Shown here: positions 1 to 10,065 of the stretch, piece by piece
Position numbering within the stretch: position 1 is the first letter of the stretch
Layout of the letters: every line of letters begins with the position of its first letter
Origin: Kofleriaceae bacterium
Lineage (GTDB): Bacteria; Myxococcota_A; Polyangia; Haliangiales; Haliangiaceae
Length of the DNA: 24,000 nucleotides
NCBI GenBank assembly: GCA_050187075.1
Contig: JBFWXW010000048.1
Location: 32,550-56,549, forward strand
Direction of reading: 5' to 3'
Position numbers and translations under genes: made by a program
The notes under the pieces: model-generated
What the model was told of the DNA's origin: nothing
The model's database searches: none
Seen by the model: only the letters and a program-made list of their open reading frames with translations

Positions 1-2409
1 CGCCCGCGCGAGGGTGACGATGTCCTCCATGAACTTGTGGATCGTGGGGAATCGCTGGAAGTAGCGCCGCGAATACTCTGCCGCCTGGGTGCGTGATACG
101 TCGAGCGCACGCGCGAGCCCGAAGTCGGACTGCCCGTACGACAGCCCGTAGTTGACCGCCTTGGCGATCCGGCGCTGCTCCGCGGTGACAGCCTCCCGCG
201 CGACCGAGAACACCTCGGCCGCGGTCTGGGTGTGCACGTCGACGCGATCGCGAAACGCCGCGCCGAGCACCGGGTCGTTCGATAGGTGCGCGAGGATCCG
301 CAGCTCGATCTGCGAGTAGTCACATGCGATCAGCACGTGACCCGGCGCCGCGACGAAGCCGCGGCGGATCTGCAGCCCGAGCTCACTACGGATCGGAATG
401 TTCTGGAGATTCGGATCCTGCGATGACAGCCGTCCGGTCTCGGCGACGACTTGATTGAACGTGGTGTGGACGCGACCGGTGCGGGCCGAGACCAGCGGCG
501 GCAACGCATCGAGATACGTTCCCTTGAGCTTGATCAGCTCGCGATGCTCGAGGATCGGCGCGATCACCGGATGGGCATCGATCAACGCCTCGAGTGTCTC
601 CGCCTCGGTCGACCACCCGGTCTTGGTCCTGCGCACGCCCTTGGTGTCGAGCCCGAGCTTCTCGAACAAGAGCTCGCCGAGCTGCTTGGGCGAGCCAATG
701 TTGAGCTCGGTACCCGCCGCTTCGTAGACGCGGCGCTCGAGCGCCTCGAGCTTGGCGCCGACCTCGGTCGACAGCTTACGAAAATGGCCCACGTCGATGT
801 GAATGCCGGTGCGCTCGAGCTCGGCGAGCAACGCTGCGACCGGCAGCTCGACCTGGCGATAGAGCTCGCCGAGCCCACTGGCGGCGAGTCGCGCCGGCAG
901 CTGATCCGCGATCGGCAACAGCGCATACGTGATCGCACCTGCCCACGGCGCCGCTCGCTCGACCTCCACCGTCTCGAGGCTGGTCTTCGCACGCCCCGCG
1001 ATCGTCGCGCGCGCAGGCAGCAACACACCACCGAGCCGCTGCACCACCTGCTCGCCCGATTCCGCGTCCGCGGTGGGATCGAGCAGGAACGCAGCGAGCA
1101 TCGGGTCGTCCGTGATGCCCTCGACGCTGACGCCGGCGGCCGCGAACGAGCGGATCACGGCCTTGGCGTCGTGCACGACCTTGCCAACCTCGGGATCGGA
1201 CAGCACCGCATAGAGCGGCGCGAGGTCCGACGCAGGCGGTGGCGCGGGCGCTCCGATGTAGCGATGCGCCAGCGGGATGTACATCGCCGGCTGCCCGGGC
1301 ACCGCGACGATGATCGCCACGATCCCCGCACGCTCGGGGCGTTCGGGATCGAGCTCGATCGTGAGCGCCAGCCGCTTCGCTGTCCGCGCCGCTGCCGCCA
1401 GCTCGGCGATCGCATCGCCGCGCACCACGATCCGGGTGTCGGGCGCGACTCCGATCGTGGCGATCGCCGTGGTCTCCGGCGCGGGCACCACGACGACGTC
1501 CTCGCCCGGCGGCATCCGGATCTTGACCTTCTCGACGAGCACCTGGAATTCCAGCTCGGTGAACAGCTGGTACAGCGCGGGCAGATCCCAGTCGCTGACC
1601 ACCAGGTCTTCGAGCGCGCATGGCAACTCGACGTCGCGACGAAGCTCGACGAGCTTGCGCGAGATCTTGATCCGCTCGAGCTGCTCGGGATCGCCAAACG
1701 GCTGCTTGATCTGGATCCGCGGCACCACCGGATTGGCTTCGATCAGCTTGTCGAGCGAGCCGTATTGCTCGAGGAGGTTGGCTGCCGTCTTGTCTCCGAC
1801 GCCGCGAATCCCCGGGATGTTGTCGCTGGTGTCACCGACGAGCGCGAGGAAGTCCGGGATCTTCTCGGGCGCAACGCCCATCTTCTTGATCACCTCTTCG
1901 CGCGTGTAGTTCTTCTGATGGAGCGCATCGATCATCGACACGTGATCGCCGACCATCTGCATGATGTCCTTGTCCGCGCTGTAGATCACGACCTCCCAGT
2001 CGCGCTTGCGGGCGTGCTCGACCAGCGTGGCGATCGTGTCATCGGCCTCGACGCCCGGGATCGCGAGCTGTGGCCAGCCGAGCCCGCGGACCACCTTGGG
2101 GAAGTACTCCATCTGGACCTGGAGCTCCTCGGGCGGCTCCTTCCGGGTGGCCTTGTAGGCGGCGTACATCTCGGCGCGAAACGTCTTCTTGCCGCTCTTG
2201 TCGTCGAACACCACGACGATTCGCTTGGGCGAGGTGTCCTCCTCGAGCCGCATCAACATGCGCGTGAACACGTAGAGCGCCCCGGTCGGCATGCCTTCGC
2301 TGGTCGATAGCCGCACTTCCTTGCGCTCGCCTCGCGAGCTGTTCATCAGCCCGTAGTGCGCCCGGAAGATGTATCCGTGGCCATCGACGATGTAGAGCCG
2401 CTCCGGCAT
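1..2409 (-). CDS. polA: DNA polymerase I, N-terminal ~803 aa; the C-terminus lies beyond the left edge of the window
   Basis: Absent from the ORF track because it runs off the edge. Hand translation of the minus strand from the ATG at 2409 gives MPERLYIVDGHGYIFRAHYGL... (5'-nuclease N-terminus). Later come polymerase motif A (LIACDYSQIELRILAH) and motif B (RRIAKAVNYGLSYG), plus RVHTTFNQVVAETGRLSSQDPNLQNIPIR. The frame stays open to position 1. Confidence 0.9.
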   Translation of the reverse strand, partial: MPERLYIVDGHGYIFRAHYGLMNSSRGERKEVRLSTSEGMPTGALYVFTRMLMRLEEDTSPKRIVVVFDDKSGKKTFRAEMYAAYKATRKEPPEELQVQMEYFPKVVRGLGWPQLAIPGVEADDTIATLVEHARKRDWEVVIYSADKDIMQMVGDHVSMIDALHQKNYTREEVIKKMGVAPEKIPDFLALVGDTSDNIPGIRGVGDKTAANLLEQYGSLDKLIEANPVVPRIQIKQPFGDPEQLERIKISRKLVELRRDVELPCALEDLVVSDWDLPALYQLFTELEFQVLVEKVKIRMPPGEDVVVVPAPETTAIATIGVAPDTRIVVRGDAIAELAAAARTAKRLALTIELDPERPERAGIVAIIVAVPGQPAMYIPLAHRYIGAPAPPPASDLAPLYAVLSDPEVGKVVHDAKAVIRSFAAAGVSVEGITDDPMLAAFLLDPTADAESGEQVVQRLGGVLLPARATIAGRAKTSLETVEVERAAPWAGAITYALLPIADQLPARLAASGLGELYRQVELPVAALLAELERTGIHIDVGHFRKLSTEVGAKLEALERRVYEAAGTELNIGSPKQLGELLFEKLGLDTKGVRRTKTGWSTEAETLEALIDAHPVIAPILEHRELIKLKGTYLDALPPLVSARTGRVHTTFNQVVAETGRLSSQDPNLQNIPIRSELGLQIRRGFVAAPGHVLIACDYSQIELRILAHLSNDPVLGAAFRDRVDVHTQTAAEVFSVAREAVTAEQRRIAKAVNYGLSYGQSDFGLARALDVSRTQAAEYSRRYFQRFPTIHKFMEDIVTLARA

Positions 2410-2476
2410 CGCGGCGCACTCTACCGGCGACGCTCCCGAAATGCACTCGCCATCGGGATCGGGACGGTCGACATAA

Positions 2477-2493
2477 CCGCGCACAATGCGCGG
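2477..2493. promoter_or_regulatory. Perfect 7-3-7 inverted repeat CCGCGCA-caa-TGCGCGG in the divergent polA/plsX intergenic region; possible operator
   Basis: Read directly: 2477-2483 ccgcgca is the reverse complement of 2487-2493 tgcgcgg. It lies 68-84 nt upstream of the polA ATG and about 150 nt upstream of the plsX ATG. No binding factor can be named. Confidence 0.2.
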
Positions 2494-2642
2494 AGATAGA
2501 GCGGCGCAGGTGACATGACCGCGCCAAGCTCGAGACAATCACGACTCGATCGCGACGCGGACTGTGCGTGATCGCTCGGGACGCGCAACGCACATGCAGT
2601 CCGCGGTTACGCCTGCACACAATCGTGGCAAGATGCGCGTGC

Positions 2643-3704
2643 ATGCATCGAATCGTCGTCGACGCGATGGGAGGCGATCACGCCCCGGACGAGATCGTCC
2701 AGGGTGCCGCCGAGGCATCGCTCGCGCTGACCGCATCCGAGATCGTGCTGGTCGGCGACGCCGCGATCCTCGGTGATCTGCTGCCGCGGATGCGCCACGA
2801 TGGTGCCCGGGTTCGCGTCCATCACGCCCCCAGCAAGATCGAGATGGATGAATCGCCCGCGGAGGCATTGGCCGCCAAGCCCGATGCTTCGATCGTGGTC
2901 GCCGCCGAGCTGGTGGCGCGTGGTGAAGCCGACGCGCTGGTCTCGGCCGGCAACACGGGCGCGGCCGTGCTCGCGTGCGCCCGGCGATGGAAGCTGCTTC
3001 CCGGCGTGCGACGAGCGGCGCTCGCGGCCGTGTACCCGACCGAGCTTCACCGCGGAGAGAAGGACGATCCCTTTTCGTTGCTGCTGGACGTCGGCGCGAC
3101 GATCGACGCGACCGCGCAAGACCTGGTCGCATTTGCGATCATGGGCTCGGCGTATGCGCGCCTGATCTCCAAGAACCGCCGGCCTCGCGTGGCGTTGCTG
3201 TCGAATGGCACCGAGGCAAACAAGGGACCATCGGACGTGGTCGCGGCACACGCGGCGCTCGTGCAGACCACCGGGCTCAACTTCATCGGCAACATCGAGG
3301 GGCTCGATATCCCGCGTGGCGTGGCCGATGTCGTCGTGACGTCCGGGTTCGTCGGCAACGTCGTGCTCAAGATGCTCGAGGGCGTCTCGGACACGGTCGT
3401 GCGGCTCGCGCGCTACGCCCACAAGGAGCGGCTCGCGTGGCGGCTCGGGTTGATCGCGCTGTCATCGGCGGTCGACCAGCTCAAGGCGATCACCGATTGG
3501 CAGCAATATGGCGGCGCCCCGCTGCTGGGGTTCACCACGCCGTTCATCAAGGCGCACGGCCGTTCCAGCGCGCAGGCGATCACCAACGCGATCAAGGTCG
3601 CGCACAAGGCGCTCGACGGAAACCTCTGCGCGAACATCGCCGTGGCGATGGCCGAGCTCGACGAACGCAGCACGCGCCGGCCACTGCTGGCTTCCGAACC
3701 TTGA
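2643..3704 (+). CDS. plsX: Phosphate acyltransferase PlsX
   Basis: Internal ATG at 2643 of track ORF 2568..3704. The N-terminus MHRIVVDAMGGDHAP, the VSAGNTGAAV motif and the IKAHGRSS motif near the C-terminus are typical of PlsX. The upstream GTG extension adds a non-homologous Arg/Cys-rich peptide. Confidence 0.9.
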   Translation: MHRIVVDAMGGDHAPDEIVQGAAEASLALTASEIVLVGDAAILGDLLPRMRHDGARVRVHHAPSKIEMDESPAEALAAKPDASIVVAAELVARGEADALVSAGNTGAAVLACARRWKLLPGVRRAALAAVYPTELHRGEKDDPFSLLLDVGATIDATAQDLVAFAIMGSAYARLISKNRRPRVALLSNGTEANKGPSDVVAAHAALVQTTGLNFIGNIEGLDIPRGVADVVVTSGFVGNVVLKMLEGVSDTVVRLARYAHKERLAWRLGLIALSSAVDQLKAITDWQQYGGAPLLGFTTPFIKAHGRSSAQAITNAIKVAHKALDGNLCANIAVAMAELDERSTRRPLLASEP

Positions 3705-3720
3705 CCGCCGGCGGGCCCGC

Positions 3721-3739
3721 GGGGGCGGTGCGAGCCCCC
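3721..3739 (+). terminator. Small GC hairpin after plsX (GGGGGC-ggtgcga-GCCCCC), no T-tract
   Basis: 6-bp perfect stem with a 7-nt loop, 17 nt after the plsX stop. No U-run follows, so a terminator function is uncertain. Confidence 0.2.
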
Positions 3740-3927
3740 ACAGAGAACGCGAACGCACGATCACGACCAGCACGCCGTTCACCTGCTCGGTTCTCGGTTC
3801 GTCTGTTCCTGATTCGGATCCCACTCGGAATACAGGCGGTGCGGCCGCTGGTGCATACTCCGCGCTCGTGTCGCGCCGGTCGTTGCTCCATCGCATTTCC
3901 ACGCTGCCGGTTCGCGTCGGCGAGCGG

Positions 3928-5004
3928 ATGGGGCTGCTCGATCACATCCCCGCCGGGTTGCCCGAGGGAGCGCGCCAGCCGCGCCATACGTTTCGCTGGG
4001 ATCTGGACAAGACGTACCTGCGCACCGAGTTCGATAGCCTGCGCGGGCTCGCGCGCACCGCGATCGAGACCGCCGCCGACAAGCAAGCGTTTCCCGGCGC
4101 GACGGCGCTGCTGCGTGCGCTCAAGCAGGACGGCAATCGGATCTGCATCGTGTCGGGCAGTCCAACCCAGATGCGCCAGGTGCTCGCGGCAAAGCTCGCG
4201 CTCGATGGCGTCACCTACGACGAGTTCGTCCTCAAGAACAATCTCAAGAACATCCTGCGCGGTCGGTTCCGATCGGTGCGCGCACAGATCCCGTACAAGC
4301 TACCCGCGTTGCTGCAATCGCGCCTCGGAGCGGCCGCCGGCGCAGAGACGCTGTTCGGGGATGATGCCGAGGCCGACGCGATCATCTACTCGCTCTACGC
4401 GGACCTGCTCGCCGGCACGGTCAGCCTCGGCGACCTCGAGCGCGTGTTGACCGCGTCGCGCGCCTACGCCGATGACGCGACGCGAACCCTGGCGCTCGCC
4501 CGCCAGGTACCCAAGGCCGATGTCGTGCGCCGGATGTTCATCCATCTCGACCGCCGGTCGCCCCCGCTGGGATTTCGCCGGTTCGGGCCGCGCCTGGTCC
4601 CGGTGTTCAACTACTTCCAGGCGGCGATGGTGCTCTACGAAGATCGTGTCCTGTCGGCACGCCAGGTGATCTTCGTGGCGCTCGAGATGCTCGACTCTGG
4701 CCAGTACCAGCTGGGACACCTCGCGACCAGCGTGCAGGATGTCATCCGCCGCGGCAGGATCACGCGCGAGACCGTGCTCCGGTTGGCAGCCGACGCCAGC
4801 ACCGCCGCGACATCGGGCGCGCTGTCAGGGCGAACCGACCTGCCCCCGTTCGAGCACATCTCGGCTGCGTTTCGCGACCGCGTCCGCGAGCTGGGAAACA
4901 CCCCGTTTCCGCCACCGGATCCCGGGGACACGCTCGACTATGTGCGCCTGGTCGATGAAGAGCACGAGCTCCGGCGGGCGCGGCGCCGCAGGGGCGTCGA
5001 TTAA
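3928..5004 (+). CDS. HAD-like phosphatase, APP1/DUF2183-like (putative phosphatidate phosphatase family)
   Basis: ATG at 3928 within track ORF 3508..5004; an alternative in-frame GTG lies at 3868. It has the DxDxT motif (FRWDLDKTYL). The series IVSGSPTQM ... YKL ... LFGDDAEADAIIY ... MFIHLD parallels the APP1 pattern (SPWQLY ... GDSGxxDxEIY ... IFIR). The family assignment is motif-level only. Confidence 0.65.
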   Translation: MGLLDHIPAGLPEGARQPRHTFRWDLDKTYLRTEFDSLRGLARTAIETAADKQAFPGATALLRALKQDGNRICIVSGSPTQMRQVLAAKLALDGVTYDEFVLKNNLKNILRGRFRSVRAQIPYKLPALLQSRLGAAAGAETLFGDDAEADAIIYSLYADLLAGTVSLGDLERVLTASRAYADDATRTLALARQVPKADVVRRMFIHLDRRSPPLGFRRFGPRLVPVFNYFQAAMVLYEDRVLSARQVIFVALEMLDSGQYQLGHLATSVQDVIRRGRITRETVLRLAADASTAATSGALSGRTDLPPFEHISAAFRDRVRELGNTPFPPPDPGDTLDYVRLVDEEHELRRARRRRGVD

Positions 5005-5037
5005 GGAGCCCCTCAGGGAGCCCCCAGGCCCGCATCG

Positions 5038-5075
5038 TGGCGGCTGGCGGTTCGCGCCAGGCGCCAGGGCATTTT
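5038..5075 (+). terminator. Probable intrinsic terminator of the HAD-like gene
   Basis: Stem 5038-5049 (tggcggctggcg) pairs with 5055-5066 (cgccaggcgcca). 11 of 12 pairs form, with one G-G mismatch at 5043/5061. The loop is gttcg, followed by gggca and TTTT at 5072-5075. It starts 34 nt after the TAA stop at 5002-5004. Confidence 0.45.
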
Positions 5076-5222
5076 CGTGGATCTGCACCACGGTAGTCCG
5101 GTCGGCCCCGGTATCCGACCAGGGGTGTCGCATTGCCGCAGCCCGGCTGAGAGCCCGGCGCCGCAGCCTGCTCACCGTCTGTAAGCCCAAAGCTCGCCCA
5201 CACCGGTCGCTCCGCGCTAAAG

Positions 5223-6695
5223 ATGGTCTTCGTGCGTCTAATCCCGGCTGTTCTCGTCGCGGCGGTCGCGTGCGGCGATGGCGGCACGATCGCGCTGCCG
5301 ATGGACGCGCCGGCGGATGCCGAGCCGGTGGTCGACGCGCCGGGCTTTGCGGCGTGTCGCGAGTTCGGGGCGGCCAGCGTGGCGGTCCCGGCGCATGTGA
5401 TCAGCACGCTCGACGGCGCGGATCTCGAGAGCCCGCTCGGTTGCGGTGACATCGACGCGCCGTTCGGCGTCGAGTCGGCGGGGCCCGACCGCGTCATTCC
5501 GCTGCGCAATCTCACGGCGAACACCGCCTACGTCGTACGCGTGATCTCGCCCGACGACCTGGCGTTCTATGTGGTGACCGGATGCTCGACGGTCACCGGC
5601 CCCGGTGATGGCGAGTGCTTGGTGTTCGAAGACGCGAGCGTGGGCGACCGCGAGGTCGGCCGGTTCGTCGCGACCGGACCCACCGCATACGTCGTGGTCG
5701 ACTTCTACGCGTCGACCACGCCATCGAGCCTCGACTTCACGCTCGATGTTTACGCCGAGGCATGTCAGACCGACGGCCACTGCGCCGGGGCTACGCCGGC
5801 GTGCTTCGAGGGTCATTGCGTCCAGTGCGTGTCCAGCTTCGACTGCGCCAGCCCGGCGCTCTCGGTGTGCGGCGACAACCAGACCTGCCAGGTCGGCGTC
5901 GACCAATGCACCATGGACACCACCGACGAGCCCGACGACGACGGCCCGGCCGGCGCAACGTTGATCGCGCTCGACGCCACCGGCTACGGTGCGCCCAACG
6001 GCAAGATCTGTTCGAACCCGTGGAGCGAGCGCGACTACTTCGCGTTCGAGGTCACCTCGCTCGGGGAGACCTGGGACTTCCAGCTGTCCTGGATCGGCGG
6101 CCGCGATCTCGATCTCGAGCTGTACGACGCGTCCGGCCGGCTGCTCGGATTATCGTTCTGGGAACAACCCGAAGTGGCTCGCCTGAGCTACCTGCCGATC
6201 GGGCGCTACTACGCCCGGATCTCGGAATTCGCCTCGACGCCGGATGCCTCCCCGGTCACCTACCAGCTCACCGCCCAGCGGACGCTCGGGACTGGCTGCA
6301 CGGCCGCGGCCGACTGTGCGGCGGAGTATCGCAACCAGCTGTTCCGCGGTCTGTGCGACGGCGGGGCGTGCGTGACGATCGATGGCGACCGCATGGTCGG
6401 CGAAGGCGGCGCGTGCGACAGCCAGTCCGACTGCGCGAGCGACCTGCAGTGCCCGGCGTTCTTCTTCGTCGCGGGCAGTGATACTCGCGACGTGTGCGCG
6501 CGCGAGTGCACCACCGACACCGAGTGCAGCCCGCTGGGCGCCGACTACGTCTGCACGACCTACCTGAGCTCCAACTTCTGCGTCCAGAAGTGCACGCTCG
6601 ATGACCAATGCCCGGTAGCCGTCGACGAGCAGCCTGTGAGCGGTCCGTGGACCCGGCTGACCTGCGATCTGCCGACGGGTCATTGCGTCCCGTAG
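5223..6695 (+). CDS. Secreted Cys-rich lipoprotein with a pre-peptidase C-terminal (PPC)-like domain
   Basis: Signal and lipobox-like N-terminus MVFVRLIPAVLVAAVAC. The central segment DEPDDDGPAGA...ERDYFAFEVTSLGETWDFQLSW..DLDLELYDASGRLL...GRYYARISEF matches the PPC-domain pattern. Flanking Cys-rich spacers such as CQTDGHCAGATPACFEGHCVQCVSSFDC and CTTDTECSPLGADYVCT suggest disulfide-knotted modules. GC3 is high in this frame. Confidence 0.8.
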   Translation: MVFVRLIPAVLVAAVACGDGGTIALPMDAPADAEPVVDAPGFAACREFGAASVAVPAHVISTLDGADLESPLGCGDIDAPFGVESAGPDRVIPLRNLTANTAYVVRVISPDDLAFYVVTGCSTVTGPGDGECLVFEDASVGDREVGRFVATGPTAYVVVDFYASTTPSSLDFTLDVYAEACQTDGHCAGATPACFEGHCVQCVSSFDCASPALSVCGDNQTCQVGVDQCTMDTTDEPDDDGPAGATLIALDATGYGAPNGKICSNPWSERDYFAFEVTSLGETWDFQLSWIGGRDLDLELYDASGRLLGLSFWEQPEVARLSYLPIGRYYARISEFASTPDASPVTYQLTAQRTLGTGCTAAADCAAEYRNQLFRGLCDGGACVTIDGDRMVGEGGACDSQSDCASDLQCPAFFFVAGSDTRDVCARECTTDTECSPLGADYVCTTYLSSNFCVQKCTLDDQCPVAVDEQPVSGPWTRLTCDLPTGHCVP

Positions 6696-6764
6696 ACGCG
6701 GCACGCGGCCGGCCGCGAGGCGCGAGGTTTGCGCCCGGGTGTTCGTGTTAGAACCATTCTCCGC

Positions 6765-8183
<1,419 letters not shown>

Positions 8184-8289
8184 GCTGGATTCATTCGAGT
8201 CAGTAGAAAGCACCGCGATTTCGGGCGACTACAAAGTTTCTTGGATCGAACCGCAACTTCGAGCAACGTCTGCCGATACGAGCCGCCCC

Positions 8290-9222
8290 ATGAGCCGGAC
8301 ACCTGGATTCATCACATCAGTTACGGTTTGCTCGTTGCTCGGCTGCAGCACCGCGATCGAGCGCAACTTTCTCGAGCCGTTCGACAACGATGCGCGTGCC
8401 ACGACCAATGGCCGGCTCGATCCCGCGAGCGAGTCGCCGCTCGCCATCGAACAGCCCAGCCTTCCGGAGACGCCGCGTTCGTTGTTCTCCATGCAATTGA
8501 CTGACAACGATCCGATCCGCGATGTGATCGTCAAGACCCAAGCGCCTGTCGACGTGCTGCAGCAGCGCCTGGTCGGATTGGTCGATGATGAGATCTTCGT
8601 CGCGATCGAGCTGACGCCACCCACCGGAACGTACCGGCGCGAGTTGCTCAACGGCGTGGACACGTGGGCAGACGACGATGGATCCGTCCTGTGCGCTCAG
8701 AACGGGATTGCCACGTACGACCCGCGCTGCGAGACCGTGGAGCCCGCCGCGTATCTCAACCCGAGCGAGGGCGCGATCACGATGTCCCAATGGGGGATGA
8801 TGTTGTTCGACGACCAGACGCTCGAGCCGATCACCTCATGCCAGATCGGAGGCCCCTACCGCCTCGACTGTCAGCTCTCGGGCGGCGCAGAAGCGGTCTA
8901 TCGCCTCGTCGTGTTCGCAAATGGCTTCGAACAACTCTGGGACGGCAGCGAGGGCCTGGGTGAACAATCACTGAACTTCACCCCGTTCATCGGCTCCGTC
9001 GCAGAGCAGCAAGAGTTCCGATGCCTGGCCTTCAGTCACACGGCAACATCTTCGTATTGCACGTACCACCTGGCGTATTCGCGATTCAACGGTATCGATC
9101 GGCTTCGGCTCGAGCTCGATCCTGTGACGATACGGATCACCGCCAACGGATTGTCGACGACGTCGACCAGCGCCGCTCTGAGCTGGGACGCTGGCGATGC
9201 GGACCTGCCCGGTCCGTACTGA
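8290..9222 (+). CDS. Hypothetical lipoprotein (310 aa), no recognisable domain
   Basis: ATG at 8290 within track ORF 8041..9222; the upstream part overlaps the EBP gene. Lipoprotein signal [19 protein letters not shown]. Third-codon-position G/C is strongly enriched along the frame, which supports real coding. No obvious SD sequence. Confidence 0.7.
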   Translation: MSRTPGFITSVTVCSLLGCSTAIERNFLEPFDNDARATTNGRLDPASESPLAIEQPSLPETPRSLFSMQLTDNDPIRDVIVKTQAPVDVLQQRLVGLVDDEIFVAIELTPPTGTYRRELLNGVDTWADDDGSVLCAQNGIATYDPRCETVEPAAYLNPSEGAITMSQWGMMLFDDQTLEPITSCQIGGPYRLDCQLSGGAEAVYRLVVFANGFEQLWDGSEGLGEQSLNFTPFIGSVAEQQEFRCLAFSHTATSSYCTYHLAYSRFNGIDRLRLELDPVTIRITANGLSTTSTSAALSWDAGDADLPGPY

Positions 9223-9390
9223 ACGCACACGCCGGCGAGTTGCTGGAGCCAGACGGTCCAAGATCGGTTCGATGATGCCATCGGCCGCCGGGGCACGCGG
9301 CAGGCCGCCGCGACTGGCCGCGGGGCGATCGCGGTGCCCGCGGTACACGGGACCGCGAAGCCCGCGGCCGCCGCATGCTGCTCGCGACGC

Positions 9391-10065
9391 TCAGTGACCC
9401 GCGTGGAGGTGATCGCGCAGGCGCCGCAGGCACGTCTCGGTCTTGAGATCACACAGCTCGCCGCGCACGCATGCATCGATCGCAGCATCGATGGCCATCC
9501 ATCGCGTACGGGCGCCCTCCTCCATCGGTGAGCCGTCGCCCTCGAGCGGCAGCTGGGCGCGCGGATCGACCTCGACGGCGGCGAAGTAGAATTTCTCGAT
9601 CATCGAGCCCGGCGAAGGATAGGCCCCCGCACCGAGCAACTGGACGGCGGTGGGATCCACCACGAATCCGGCCTCCTCGAGAACCTCGTGCGCGGCGCGC
9701 GTCCGTAGCCCGCGCTCGCCGCGATCGCCGGTCTCGACGATGCCCGCGACCAGCTCGGCGAGCATTCGTGCGGGCGCAGGCTCGGGCAGCGGCGCGAGCG
9801 CCGGATCGCGTCCGAGCGGCAACGCCGGCCGGAGCCCATCGCGCAACAACACATCGACGGTGCCCTCCGCGCTGCGGGTGTACACCGCGACCACCACCGC
9901 GTCTTGTCCGTAGGGTCGCGCGATCGAATCGCACACGTATGGCGGTGACACCGAGCCATCGGCACGACGATTGCGCATCCGCACGCGCCGGATCTCGAGG
10001 AATCCGCCGCCGCCGACGCGCTCGTCGGAGTCGATCACGAAGCCGACGATGTCGGCGTCGCTCAC
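9391..10065 (-). CDS. Nudix-family hydrolase (ADP-ribose pyrophosphatase-like) with a non-canonical Nudix box
   Basis: GTG start at 10065. [27 protein letters not shown] resembles the Nudix box GX5EX7REUXEEXGU, but has D in place of the first E, a 4-residue insertion and H in place of R. Overall length and layout resemble NudF. Confidence 0.7.
   Translation of the reverse strand: MSDADIVGFVIDSDERVGGGGFLEIRRVRMRNRRADGSVSPPYVCDSIARPYGQDAVVVAVYTRSAEGTVDVLLRDGLRPALPLGRDPALAPLPEPAPARMLAELVAGIVETGDRGERGLRTRAAHEVLEEAGFVVDPTAVQLLGAGAYPSPGSMIEKFYFAAVEVDPRAQLPLEGDGSPMEEGARTRWMAIDAAIDACVRGELCDLKTETCLRRLRDHLHAGH

Noticed and set aside
451-2310. 619-aa plus-strand ORF (with nested ORFs 455..727, 929..1213, 1277..1909 and minus-frame ORFs 582..1031, 776..1621, 1155..1697)
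   Set aside because: It is antisense to, or out of frame with, the clearly recognisable polA reading frame. The translations are Arg/Asp/Leu-rich low-complexity sequence, typical of shadow ORFs in high-GC DNA.
3849-3863. TGGTGC-atact-CCGC, a sigma-54-like element upstream of the HAD-like gene
   Set aside because: Only the GG/GC dinucleotides and the spacing match, and both the -24 and -12 elements are poor. Such matches are expected by chance in GC-rich DNA.
3508-3927. N-terminal extensions offered by the ORF track: 3508 for the HAD-like gene, 8041 for the lipoprotein, 15654 for mgtE, 16970 for the CBS protein, 10844 and 21437 for the secreted proteins
   Set aside because: The extensions overlap upstream genes and encode Arg/Pro-rich non-homologous peptides. 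Internal starts give proper signal peptides or conserved N-termini and 4-nt stop/start overlaps. The GTG at 3868 remains a possible alternative start for the HAD-like gene.
5005-5030. Direct repeat GGAGCCCC (5005-5012 and 5017-5024), including an AAGGAG right at the HAD gene stop
   Set aside because: No start codon lies at a suitable distance after the SD-like sequence, and no hairpin can form. It is probably fortuitous.
5121-5175. THI-box-like fragment AGGGGTGTC...GGCTGAGA (possible TPP riboswitch)
   Set aside because: Only the first half resembles the TPP aptamer. The ACCC..GAACCTGATC..GG.TAAT.CC.GCG.AGGGA half is absent, and the downstream gene is a secreted lipoprotein, not a thiamine gene. 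An Rfam RF00059 scan would settle it.
8243-8252. ggatcgaacc (the minus strand reads GGTTCGATCC, resembling a tRNA T-loop)
   Set aside because: The flanking bases cannot form a T-stem: only the 53:61 pair forms. No acceptor or anticodon arms could be built.
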